Source: Armatimonadota bacterium
GTDB taxonomy: Bacteria; Armatimonadota; UBA5829; DTJY01
Reading direction: 5' to 3'
NCBI GenBank assembly: GCA_029907255.1
Contig: JARYMF010000007.1
Coordinates: forward strand, 37,896 to 101,895
Length of the DNA stretch: 64,000 nt
A model generated the notes under the pieces. It was not told the DNA's origin. It saw only the letters and a list, made by a program, of their open reading frames with translations, and ran no database searches. The translations under genes were made by a program, and so were the position numbers. Shown here one piece after another: positions 27,391 through 36,392 of the stretch. The number at the start of each line of letters is the position of its first letter. The first letter of the stretch is position 1.

Positions 27391-29364
27391 TTATTTCCAG
27401 CCGTTTGCTATTTGTGCTAGCTGGCCTGCAAGAAATTGCCCCTGCGATTGCAGTTTGCTGAGAGCGTTCTCCATAGCCGTGAATTTAGCCACGAGTTGCT
27501 CTTCTTTTGCTGCTATTCTCTTTTCTAATTCAGCGATGTAATCGTTTATGTCTTTTATCTGAGAATTAATTGTGTCTTGAGCAGCGTCTATTGCTCCAGT
27601 ATCTGCCGATGTAATGAAGCTTAGGTAGTCGGACAAAATTGCTCCGACTCCTTTTGTAAAGTAGATAACCCCATAGTTTCCAGGGGTAGTCGCGGTGATT
27701 TTAATCTTTAATCCTTCGGTGTTTTCGTTGCCTACGTTGCCAGTTAGATATTGACCATTTCCAGTCGCTGGTTCGCCGTTGATTGTGCCCGCAACATCTG
27801 TACCAGCAGCCCCTGTTCCAGTTCCTGCCTCGCCATCGTAGTCATCCTGGGTGACCAATACATTACCCAAGCCAGATGTTATTTGCCCCGGCTGGGTATT
27901 AGAGAGGTTGGAAATGGCACGAATCGAAAGGTTGCCATATCCAATCCTGGTGAGTGTTAGGTAATCTCCTGTCCCTTGGCCGTTGATGTCAGTCCTTGAC
28001 GCAATGACGCCAGTTTGGGAGGAGTACTCGTTTATTTTTGCGACTACTTGTTCAGCACTCATGCCGGTTGTGAGCTTTATGGTGGTATTGTTAATGGTGA
28101 TTTCTTCATCTTGTGTGAGGACGCCGGTTTGAGCAACGCCTGCGGTTATCCGTGATTGCGTTGCCACAGCTGTGACGACAATTTCATATCCGTTGGTGCC
28201 TGATATTTTTGTCCTTTCGGTGGATGAGACGTATGATATAGCTCCATTAGTTGTATCCCCAACGGCGGCAAAAAGGCGCTTGATGGTGTCTATATTGTTT
28301 TTTAGGGCTTCATCTAATTTAGTCTCATCAATCAAAAGCTTATTATCGCTGGTTGTGGATGTTATTCCAATCTGCGATAGTAGTTTTACAGATTGGCTCA
28401 ATCCTTCAATAGGTTTACCTACTCTTGTTGCAAGGTCCGACTGGATTAATTGCAAAGATGAATCCGAGAAGAGTGCCCCACCAGAATTGGTCTCAGTATT
28501 GTATTTAAATTGCTGATTGATATAATCCATCAGGTTATTGTATTGGTCAACAAAGTCCTTAATGGATTGTTTCACAGCGTTTGTATTGTTTTCTATTGTA
28601 ACTGTGATAACCTTTGTTGGGTCGGCCTTTTGCAAGTTAAGGGTCACACCTGGAATGAGATCTGTGATGGTATTGCTACTTTTATAAACGGTAATCTCCG
28701 AACCAGCGCCATCACCAAGTGTTAGACTAGCATCTTGCGCTGACTGCAGGTCAGTGAAAGTTGGCAAAGTGCCGGTAACATTGAGGGTAATTGTACCAAC
28801 CGTCCCAGTCTTGTTGCTAGTTATGACCAGCCGATAAGGGTTAGTTTCTGAACCATCGTTTATAATGCTAGCAGTAACGCCCGCATTTGAATTATTGATG
28901 GCATTGCGTATTCCAGCAAGAGTGTTATTTGTTTCATCAATTGTGATTTGAACTGGAGTGCCCGTTCCCACGGCTATGGTAATTGTTCCTGTCCCAACGC
29001 GAGTTGTAGTTGTATCTGCAAATCCTTCGGTTTTAAGCTGATGTGCGCGGGCAAGAGTATTAACCTTGAGATAGTAGGTTCCTGTTTGTGCTGAGGAGGA
29101 AGCTGAGCCGCGAATTATGTCTTCATCGCTTGAGATGAGACTCTTTACGTCAAAGGTCGAGCTAAGGGCTAAAGAATCGGCTTTTGTTTTAAGAGCGAGT
29201 ATACGTGTATTCGCTTCCTGCCATGCGGCAAGTTTTGAGTTCAGGGTCGCTCTTTGTGCTTCCAGTCGTTTTATAGGTATTCGCTCAATCTCAATAAGTT
29301 TTGCGATAATCTCATCCGTTTTTAACCCTGATATTACGCCGTTTATTGACGCTGTCCCTGGCAT
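27391..29364 (-). CDS. fliD: Flagellar filament cap protein FliD
   Basis: 657 aa. N-terminal and C-terminal FliD coiled-coil segments flank a Thr-rich central domain. Confidence 0.85.
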   Translation of the reverse strand: MPGTASINGVISGLKTDEIIAKLIEIERIPIKRLEAQRATLNSKLAAWQEANTRILALKTKADSLALSSTFDVKSLISSDEDIIRGSASSSAQTGTYYLKVNTLARAHQLKTEGFADTTTTRVGTGTITIAVGTGTPVQITIDETNNTLAGIRNAINNSNAGVTASIINDGSETNPYRLVITSNKTGTVGTITLNVTGTLPTFTDLQSAQDASLTLGDGAGSEITVYKSSNTITDLIPGVTLNLQKADPTKVITVTIENNTNAVKQSIKDFVDQYNNLMDYINQQFKYNTETNSGGALFSDSSLQLIQSDLATRVGKPIEGLSQSVKLLSQIGITSTTSDNKLLIDETKLDEALKNNIDTIKRLFAAVGDTTNGAISYVSSTERTKISGTNGYEIVVTAVATQSRITAGVAQTGVLTQDEEITINNTTIKLTTGMSAEQVVAKINEYSSQTGVIASRTDINGQGTGDYLTLTRIGYGNLSIRAISNLSNTQPGQITSGLGNVLVTQDDYDGEAGTGTGAAGTDVAGTINGEPATGNGQYLTGNVGNENTEGLKIKITATTPGNYGVIYFTKGVGAILSDYLSFITSADTGAIDAAQDTINSQIKDINDYIAELEKRIAAKEEQLVAKFTAMENALSKLQSQGQFLAGQLAQIANGWK

Positions 29365-29426
29365 TCTCCAGCTCCAAATGTTTAAGTATTTGTGGAAGTA
29401 GCGATTCTAATTTTATCGTGTAGTAG

Positions 29427-29450
29427 CGTGGCCGCCATGAGGCGGCCACG
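29427..29450 (-). other. GC-rich hairpin between flagellin and fliD (attenuator/terminator candidate)
   Basis: cgtggccgcc-atga-ggcggccacg, a 10-bp perfect stem. The T-rich run is on the plus side only. Confidence 0.4.
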
Positions 29451-29474
29451 TTGTTATTTGGTGAGCTTTAGGCG

Positions 29475-30290
29475 CTACCTGATTAGTGCCAGTAGCGCTT
29501 GCGGCGCTGCGTTCGCCTGCGTAAGCATTGCAACGCCAGCCTGCAGTAGAATCTGGTTGCGTGTAAACGCTACCATTTCCGCTGCCATGTCGCTGTCTCT
29601 AATCGAGCTTTCAGATGCGGCGATGTTTTCCTTTGCTACGCCAAGGGACGCTATGTTGGACTCGAGGTCCTTTTGTGCCGCACCTAACTGGGCTCTCATT
29701 GTAGATACCGTGTTTATTGCGGTATCAAGCAGTGAGATAGCGCCCTGAGCGTCAGTAGTAACGTCTATTGAGGCCACACCCAGAGCTTCTGCAGAGACGT
29801 TTTCAATGCTTATGGTTGTCGTCTGGTTGGCGTTTGCACCTACCTGGAAAACTAAACCGCTAGCAGTACCATCCAATAGCTTCTTCGTACCGAACTGCGT
29901 GTTCGCAGAAATTCGGTTAAGAGCTGATATCGCAGAATCAATCTGCGTCTGGTCTGCTTGCAAAGCGGTTTCATCGTTTGCACCTTCGTTTGCCGCGTGC
30001 AGTGCCAGGTTGCGCATTGTGCGAAGCAGGTTCTGGACTTCGGCCAGAGCGCCCTCAGCTGTCTTTATCATATTGACTGCATCGCTTGAGTTTGCTATCG
30101 CCTGGCCTAGACCACTAATCTGGCTGCGCAGGTTTTCAGAAATTGCCAGTCCTGCCGGGTCATCTGCTGCTCGGTTGATTCTAAAACCAGATGACAACCG
30201 TTCGATTGACGCAGCTAATGCAGAGTCAGTGCCCTGCAACTGACGGTGCGCATTGAGCGCTGCTGCATTCAGGTTGATCCGTAAAGACAT
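29475..30290 (-). CDS. fliC: Flagellin (short form, D0/D1 only)
   Basis: 271 aa. N-terminus MSLRINLNAAALNAHRQL...RINRAADDPAGLAISE. C-terminus ILLQAGVAMLTQANAAPQALLALIR. RBS aaggaggagga. Confidence 0.95.
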   Translation of the reverse strand: MSLRINLNAAALNAHRQLQGTDSALAASIERLSSGFRINRAADDPAGLAISENLRSQISGLGQAIANSSDAVNMIKTAEGALAEVQNLLRTMRNLALHAANEGANDETALQADQTQIDSAISALNRISANTQFGTKKLLDGTASGLVFQVGANANQTTTISIENVSAEALGVASIDVTTDAQGAISLLDTAINTVSTMRAQLGAAQKDLESNIASLGVAKENIAASESSIRDSDMAAEMVAFTRNQILLQAGVAMLTQANAAPQALLALIR

Positions 30291-30368
30291 GTTCTATCCT
30301 CCTCCTTGAAGTTTTGTCCTTTGGACTTTGGAGCATCCTGCTCCATTTTAGCCGGCTGAGTAGTGCAG

Positions 30369-30415
30369 CCGATTCCGACCGCCGGCTATTAGCACTCTGC
30401 TATTATCGGAATCGG
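30369..30415 (-). promoter_or_regulatory. Stem-loop in the 340-nt flagellin leader; GGA-rich, CsrA-site-like context
   Basis: ccgattccga / tcggaatcgg is a 10-bp inverted repeat. Downstream mRNA carries aaggacaaaac and a GGA-rich SD caaggaggagga. Confidence 0.35.
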
Positions 30416-30631
30416 ATTTTCTCATGGGCGCACATTCATGAGTCATGTTGCGCCCAAACTGCACATACGCATCACTCTCCTTTCGAAAGCAATGTTTTGC
30501 GTCTCCAAGTTAAATCGCAAACAAACTGGTTTTGCTTTTTCTTGCAAGTATTATTACGGATATTACTTCCAAGTTCTTATTCCATAATTAAGCAAATATT
30601 TGTGATATTTATTAAGCTAGATAAATAACTT

Positions 30632-31096
30632 TTAGGCTGCTTTGGCCAAGCAATTAGAGTGCTCTTCCTTTGGAATTTCGCCGATTACATGTTTTGTTCC
30701 ATATCGCTCATCATCAAGAACTATTTGGCGTGCATGGAACGTGCGAGCATTGATTACTATTGGCCCAAGGAGGTTGGTTGTAATTCTGCCGTTTTCCCTG
30801 TCAACCGTTACTGTGGTTAGCATTACAGCCTCAGTTGCCTCCTTGAGATCAAGTGATGCTACTTGGTCATCATTAAGAACTATTTCGTAATCGGGAAAAA
30901 AGTCAGTTGGATTGATTACAATGAATGCCACAGCAGGGTCATCCACTGCCTGAAGCCATTTGAATGGCGTATCGGTTCGATCATGCAATAACACATAGCG
31001 CGTGCATGCTGGGAAGCCAAGCATTCCATCTGGCATGTTTACAATAGAATCCTTGGAAACTTCCACAGTTCCGAATCTTGTTGTTTCAATTTTCAT
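30632..31096 (-). CDS. fliW: Flagellar assembly factor FliW
   Basis: 154 aa. MKIETTRFGTVEVSKDSIVNMPDGMLGFP. Confidence 0.85.
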   Translation of the reverse strand: MKIETTRFGTVEVSKDSIVNMPDGMLGFPACTRYVLLHDRTDTPFKWLQAVDDPAVAFIVINPTDFFPDYEIVLNDDQVASLDLKEATEAVMLTTVTVDRENGRITTNLLGPIVINARTFHARQIVLDDERYGTKHVIGEIPKEEHSNCLAKAA

Positions 31097-31122
31097 ATTG
31101 TGAATACTCCTTCCTCAGCAAG

Positions 31123-32037
31123 CTACTTAAGGAAATCTGCCAGCGTAAGATTCATTATTCTGCCAGCAGTTGCAATTGCTGCCTGATAAACGTTCTCTCG
31201 AGTACGAAGATCTACAATTGCTTCCGCAAGATCCGCATCCTCTGTTTTCGATAATAATTCCGCCATAGTTACTTTAGAATTAAGCAGTGCTTCATTTGTT
31301 GCTTCGAGCCTACTCAAGCTTGCACCCGCTTTTGACCTTACTGCTATGGCATTATCAAGAAGTGCATCGATGTCGGCTATCCTTGCAGAAATTGCTTTGC
31401 AGTCTCCGGCGAGTACTTCTTCTTTAAGCAAACGTATTGTTTCAAATATATCGGGCGAGCTTGGAACTGCAACGCTGCCCATATTTAGCACCATATCTCC
31501 CGTCACACCAGCGGGGATTGATATGCCAGGCCCAACTCGGATAAGTAGCTGATTGCTATTGCCTTGATATATATATGGCGGCTGACCTGCTGGATTGCTG
31601 ATTATCGGCGGCTTGTCACTTAAGCTTCCTGCAAAAATGTATTTGCCTAAGCATTGTGTATTTGCTAAATCAGCAATTTCGGATGAAACGTGGTCCAGCT
31701 GTGCCGCAACTGCCATTTTTGCTTCGTCAGTTATACTTGCATTTGCTGATGTCATAGCTAGCGACCTCACGGTGCGGATAGCTGAAACTATCGAGTCGAG
31801 AGCACTGCATGTTATCGATAATCTGTTTCGTGCGATGTCGGTATTTCGTGTATACTGCTCAATCGAAGCAATGGATGATCGCAATCCCAGTGCTCGTCCG
31901 GTTCCCACAACATCGTCCGACGGTTGCCTTATGCGCTTTCCTGAGGAAGCTCTATCCTGTGCTTTTAGAAGAGCCTCGGAGTTTGTCATGAGATTCATTC
32001 GCACTGTTTCAGCTACCATCCCAAGGGTGAGTCGCAT
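31123..32037 (-). CDS. flgL: Flagellar hook-associated protein 3, FlgL
   Basis: 304 aa. Flagellin-like N- and C-terminal helices. It follows flgK. Confidence 0.85.
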   Translation of the reverse strand: MRLTLGMVAETVRMNLMTNSEALLKAQDRASSGKRIRQPSDDVVGTGRALGLRSSIASIEQYTRNTDIARNRLSITCSALDSIVSAIRTVRSLAMTSANASITDEAKMAVAAQLDHVSSEIADLANTQCLGKYIFAGSLSDKPPIISNPAGQPPYIYQGNSNQLLIRVGPGISIPAGVTGDMVLNMGSVAVPSSPDIFETIRLLKEEVLAGDCKAISARIADIDALLDNAIAVRSKAGASLSRLEATNEALLNSKVTMAELLSKTEDADLAEAIVDLRTRENVYQAAIATAGRIMNLTLADFLK

Positions 32038-32042
32038 GGTAC

Positions 32043-33434
32043 TTACCTCCCGCTAATCCCCATTTGGCTTATTATGGTATCAAGCATTTCGTCCATAATG
32101 CTGATGATTCGGGCAGCGGCATTATAAGCCTGTTGGTATTTGATCATGTTTACCATTTCTTCGTCGATTGATACGCCTGACATGGATGCCCTTTGCAGCT
32201 TTAATTGATGGGTGGAAAGCTCCTGGACGCTGTGTTGGTTTTTTGCTTCTCGTGCATTCGCGCCAATACGGGCAATCAGGCTGTTGTAGGCATCTCCAAT
32301 GGTTTCCCCATCGATAACTGGCTGGTTGCGAAGGTCCGAGATATTTAGGGCAATGGAATTGTCAGCAATGGTTCCACTTGTGCCCGTTGCAACCATTCTC
32401 GGATCAGAAATCAGAGCCCACTCTACCTCAATGTTGGATGCATTGCGGCCGGAAGCAAAAAAGTTGCCTGCGGGATTGCCATTAGGTAAGCGCCCTTCAG
32501 AATATATTGCGTTTACTGCTTCTATCAACCCACTAGCAATAGTATTTAGCGAATCAATGCACTCTTGGATTGTTGTGTCTCGCACATATAATAGGCCTTT
32601 TATCTGGCCACCATTTATCAAAACTTGCGAATTGTCATTACTCCACACGATGTCCGACCATGCTCCGGTGCCCTGAACGACTGATATCTCGTTAACGTGT
32701 GTACCTTGCACCAGGTTTTTGCCACCTATTGAAAGCATTAGTTCAGAGCCATTGAGCCCATGTACTTCGACACGCACGAATTTTGAGAGCTCTTCGATCA
32801 GCAAAGCGCGTCGGTCAAGCAAGTCGTTTGGGCTATTGCCGGCGCTCACTACGCCAGTGATTTCGTTGTTAATTTTCGCTATCTCTTGGGCTAATGTATT
32901 TACCTGTGCAACACAGTCTGCAATGGTCTGGTCTGTGTGTTTTTGAAGGCTGAGCAAGTCGCCATAGAGCTTTCGCATACGGTCGGCCAATGCAACACCT
33001 GCATCCACTACAGCAGATCGCGCTGGCAGACTGTCGGGGCTGGAGGCTAGTTCTTCCCAAGAATTCCAAAATTGATCAAGCACTCCTGAGAGCCCCATGC
33101 TTCCTGGCTCACCGAAAATTGATTCGATTTGCCCCAAGGCTTCATTTCTTGATTGCCACATGCCGAGTTGGTCAGTAGCACGTCGGATTAACCCATCCAA
33201 ATAGTCCGTCTGAGCGCGTCTGATTGTTTGGATAACAACGCCTGTGCCAAATTGTGGAATGATACCTCCACCGAGGGCATACGAACCTTGTGCAGGATTG
33301 TTGGTGACAAAAATTGGTTCCTGACGCCGATAGCCTTCAGTGTTGGCGTTGGCGATGTTGTGCCCCGTTACATTCAATGCATATTGTTGAGCGCGAAGAG
33401 CACTAACGGCTATATCAAGCCCAGAAAACGACAA
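32043..33434 (-). CDS. flgK: Flagellar hook-associated protein 1, FlgK
   Basis: 463 aa. N-terminus MSFSGLDIAVSALRAQQYALNVTGHNIANANTEGY. C-terminal conserved helix. Confidence 0.9.
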   Translation of the reverse strand: MSFSGLDIAVSALRAQQYALNVTGHNIANANTEGYRRQEPIFVTNNPAQGSYALGGGIIPQFGTGVVIQTIRRAQTDYLDGLIRRATDQLGMWQSRNEALGQIESIFGEPGSMGLSGVLDQFWNSWEELASSPDSLPARSAVVDAGVALADRMRKLYGDLLSLQKHTDQTIADCVAQVNTLAQEIAKINNEITGVVSAGNSPNDLLDRRALLIEELSKFVRVEVHGLNGSELMLSIGGKNLVQGTHVNEISVVQGTGAWSDIVWSNDNSQVLINGGQIKGLLYVRDTTIQECIDSLNTIASGLIEAVNAIYSEGRLPNGNPAGNFFASGRNASNIEVEWALISDPRMVATGTSGTIADNSIALNISDLRNQPVIDGETIGDAYNSLIARIGANAREAKNQHSVQELSTHQLKLQRASMSGVSIDEEMVNMIKYQQAYNAAARIISIMDEMLDTIISQMGISGR

Positions 33435-33447
33435 TTTTTACCTCCAG

Positions 33448-33891
33448 TTAAACCTTCTTATCTAGCAAGAGTGCTCCGTTCCACTCACCCTCGTTAGCTG
33501 CGCGCTGCTCGGTAACGAGTTTTGAAAGCAGCTCGAGTGAAAATCGTGTGTATCCTAAAGAATTTCTGAGTAGTTCGGTGTTAGCGGCGACTAACGATCG
33601 AAGCCTTTGAGCTACTTCGGCTGTTTCATGGCGAATTGCATTAAGCCTATCATCGTCATATCTTGCTTTTTCCTGGGCAAGAAGCTTTGTAATGGCTTCT
33701 TCTCGCCGAGCCAGTTTGTCCAAGTTGAGCAAAACTGAATCATGCTTGCGTACGTTCTCAGCAAGTTCCTCGTGCATGCCATCCTTGAGAATAGATTGTT
33801 GCTCTTTTGAAAGATTTATTAATTCGCGTAGTTTCTCAAGCTTGTGCTCTGCTGTTGCAATCAATTCATCCCGAAGGCGTTCCGAGTCCAT
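33448..33891 (-). CDS. flgN: FlgN-like flagellar chaperone
   Basis: 147 aa, helical. Located between flgM and flgK. Confidence 0.55.
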   Translation of the reverse strand: MDSERLRDELIATAEHKLEKLRELINLSKEQQSILKDGMHEELAENVRKHDSVLLNLDKLARREEAITKLLAQEKARYDDDRLNAIRHETAEVAQRLRSLVAANTELLRNSLGYTRFSLELLSKLVTEQRAANEGEWNGALLLDKKV

Positions 33892-33905
33892 GTTAATTCT
33901 CCCAC

Positions 33906-34208
33906 TTACTTTATTCTGCCTTGGAATATGTCAGTCAGTATTCGGCGTGCAAGCTCATCCTCGTTCACTGCATATTTGCCAAATTGAATTCTGCTTTTGA
34001 TGTCAGCTATGACATCATCGCGAACACTTGGCAGTTTTGCAATAACTTGCTTAATTTTCTGCATTTCGGTTGCCTGTTTTGAAAGGATTAGCTTATCCGG
34101 ATGCGATGAAGGAACAACCCCGGTTATTGGCCTAATTGTATTGACTTTATGCGTATGCAATTCGAGAACTTTATGGATTTGACTGTTTGAAATATGCATC
34201 ATACACAC
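33906..34208 (-). CDS. flgM: Anti-sigma-28 factor FlgM
   Basis: The C-terminus SVRDDVIADIKSRIQFGKYAVNEDELARRIL matches the FlgM sigma-28-binding helix pattern. GTG start, with an ATG 6 nt inside. Confidence 0.65.
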   Translation of the reverse strand: MCMMHISNSQIHKVLELHTHKVNTIRPITGVVPSSHPDKLILSKQATEMQKIKQVIAKLPSVRDDVIADIKSRIQFGKYAVNEDELARRILTDIFQGRIK

Positions 34209-34255
34209 CCTTTAGGGTTGGCAATTGCCAATTTAGTTACTCTTTTCCAAAGTAT

Positions 34256-34282
34256 GTTTCGACTCATTTCACCGAAACTTTA
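34256..34282 (-). promoter_or_regulatory. Candidate sigma-28-type promoter upstream of flgM
   Basis: On the minus strand: TAAA-N15-GTCGAAAC, 5/8 match to GCCGATAA. Confidence 0.25.
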
Positions 34283-34350
34283 GCGTTTTTTAATATTGCA
34301 AGCGATTGCCTAGTAAATTAAAACCCATCTAGGTTTTATCCAACCCTTGC

Positions 34351-34644
34351 TTAGTCCTTGTCATTACGAGTTTTCGATAGCTGGGCATACAGCATGTCTG
34401 CTATGCCCAGAGGGGTTGTAAGAGAAAGCTGCTTGGCTATTTCCTCATCAAGCATGCTGTTGAAAAGTTCTTCTTCGCGCCTGTCACCAAACAAATCGGT
34501 TTTAGGAATTGACTGGCGCATTATTGTTAGGAGCTGATGGATAAGAACGGATTCAAACTCCTTACATGCCTTCCTCAATTTTTGCTCGTCGCCTATGACC
34601 GCTGATGTATTTGATTTGCTTATTGGTAGATTGTTAATGCGCAT
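34351..34644 (-). CDS. Rod-binding protein, FlgJ N-terminal-domain-like
   Basis: 97 aa. KACKEFESVLIHQLLTIMRQS matches the FlgJ rod-binding domain. No muramidase domain. Confidence 0.6.
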   Translation of the reverse strand: MRINNLPISKSNTSAVIGDEQKLRKACKEFESVLIHQLLTIMRQSIPKTDLFGDRREEELFNSMLDEEIAKQLSLTTPLGIADMLYAQLSKTRNDKD

Positions 34645-34671
34645 GAGAATGACCTCACTTTGACAAGTCGG

Positions 34672-35775
34672 TTATATAATCTCAAGCTCTGCATGAAGAG
34701 CGCCTGCCTGCTTGAGAGCCTGAAGAATAGCTACAATATCTCTGGGTGTTACCTTAAGTTCGTTTAATGCTTGCACAAGTTGCCTCAAAGTTGAGCCTGG
34801 CTGGAGGTTGATCAAATATCCGCGTTCTTCCTTTACATCAACCGTAGTTTGCTCAACGACCGCTGTTTCGCCTTTCTTGGCGAATGGACCAGGTTGCGAA
34901 ACTTGCTTTTCTGTCTTTATCTCAATGCTTAAATTGCCATGTGATATAGCAACTGGCGATAACTTGACTCCGCCGCCAATGATGACTGTTCCGGTGCGTT
35001 CATTTACAATGACTTTTGCCACCTCAGCTTCAACAACTGAAAGCTCGCCAACGTCGGCAATTGTTCTTATCACATCTTGTTCGCCTGCTTTAACCTGGAC
35101 TGTTGCTGCGTCCAAAGCTGTAGCCGTGCCCGCCCCGAACTTGCTGCTTACTGCTTCAGCGATACGGACTGCAGTGGTAAAGTCGGGGTTGTTCAGCAAT
35201 ATATTGATACAGCCGTCCTCAACAAGTGTCGTTGGGACCGCTTGCTCGATGATTGCTCCGCCAGGGATGCGCCCTACGGTAGTGTGGTTTTTCGTTACGC
35301 TGGTGCCGCCTCCACCTGCGGTGAACCCACCGACTGAAACTGGACCTTGGGCAACTGCGTAAACTAAACCATTAGCTGCTTGAAGCGGCGTCTGTAGCAA
35401 TGTGCCGCCTTGGAGCGTTCGAGCATCTCCCAGTGAGGAAACCGTTACGTCAATCTTGCTTCCTGGGCGAACAAAGGGCGGAAGGTCAGCTGTAACCATG
35501 ACAGCAGCTACATTTTTCACTTTCATCTTGTCTGGCGGCACACTAATGCCAAATTTTTGAAGCATGTTGGCTACAGACTGGGCGGTGAAAAGTGTTTGCT
35601 GGGTGTCGCCAGAACCGTCGAGGCCTACTACTAGCCCGTAGCCGAAGAGCTGATTGCTTCTGGCTCCTTCAATTCGGGCAATATCCTTAATTTTCACAGT
35701 CTGGTCGGCCGTTGCCATTTCTAGCGTCAAGATAATCAAAAAGGCAAAGCATATCTTAGCCATAGTGCGATTCAT
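34672..35775 (-). CDS. flgI: Flagellar P-ring protein FlgI
   Basis: 367 aa. Signal peptide plus IKDIARIEGARSNQLFGYGLVVGLDGSGD. Confidence 0.92.
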   Translation of the reverse strand: MNRTMAKICFAFLIILTLEMATADQTVKIKDIARIEGARSNQLFGYGLVVGLDGSGDTQQTLFTAQSVANMLQKFGISVPPDKMKVKNVAAVMVTADLPPFVRPGSKIDVTVSSLGDARTLQGGTLLQTPLQAANGLVYAVAQGPVSVGGFTAGGGGTSVTKNHTTVGRIPGGAIIEQAVPTTLVEDGCINILLNNPDFTTAVRIAEAVSSKFGAGTATALDAATVQVKAGEQDVIRTIADVGELSVVEAEVAKVIVNERTGTVIIGGGVKLSPVAISHGNLSIEIKTEKQVSQPGPFAKKGETAVVEQTTVDVKEERGYLINLQPGSTLRQLVQALNELKVTPRDIVAILQALKQAGALHAELEII

Positions 35776-35808
35776 AATGCTTCCTCCATCAACAAGGTCG
35801 TAAGCGGT

Positions 35809-36390
35809 CTAGAATAAAAACCTAAGTATCTTGCTAATAAAGCCTTCTTTTGTACGGTTACCTACCGGGCCTTTGCCAATGGTTTCAATCCTAACATCAG
35901 CCAAATTAGTTGAAAGTACTGTGTTATCAGATCTAATGTCTTGAGGCCGAACAATCCCCGTCAGAATTATGGTTTGTTTATCACCATTCATGTTGAGCGA
36001 TCGCTCGGCTTTAATTTCGAGATTGCCGTTCTTTTGAACATTTGTTACGGTAGCGGCAAGTCGGGTTTCGAACTTATTGCTTACTACGCTTTCGCCGGAT
36101 GTCGAGCTATTCTGCGATGAGGTATAGCCGAGCTCGGGGACCAGTTTTAGAAATGGGCCAATGCCTGCTGCATTATCATGCTCGAGGCTCTTGTCGAAGC
36201 TTTGTCCAGCTTTTTGTGAAGCGGCGGATTGTTCAACGATTAATACTGTAATTAAATCGCCAACCTTGCTTGGCCTTAAATCAGCAAAGAGGCTTTTCTC
36301 CGCTGGCTGCCAAAGTGAATCAGCACAGAGAGATGTGACTGTAGCTATAAGCAAAATAATACTTAAAACTGCGAATCTTCTTAGTAACAT
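35809..36390 (-). CDS. flgH: Flagellar L-ring protein FlgH
   Basis: 193 aa. Signal peptide with Cys (LCADS) and the motif SKVGDLITVLIVEQSAAS. Confidence 0.85.
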   Translation of the reverse strand: MLLRRFAVLSIILLIATVTSLCADSLWQPAEKSLFADLRPSKVGDLITVLIVEQSAASQKAGQSFDKSLEHDNAAGIGPFLKLVPELGYTSSQNSSTSGESVVSNKFETRLAATVTNVQKNGNLEIKAERSLNMNGDKQTIILTGIVRPQDIRSDNTVLSTNLADVRIETIGKGPVGNRTKEGFISKILRFLF

Positions 36391-36392
36391 TG

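Noticed and set aside
30402-30411. CCGATAAT element in the flagellin leader as a sigma-28 -10
   Set aside because: It matches the -10 consensus 7/8, but no TAAA sits 14-16 nt upstream. Not called a promoter.
30314-30628. 104-aa plus-strand ORF in the flagellin leader; csrA searched here
   Set aside because: It is antisense to the leader, has no RBS and a low-complexity translation. No CsrA-like motif is present on either strand.
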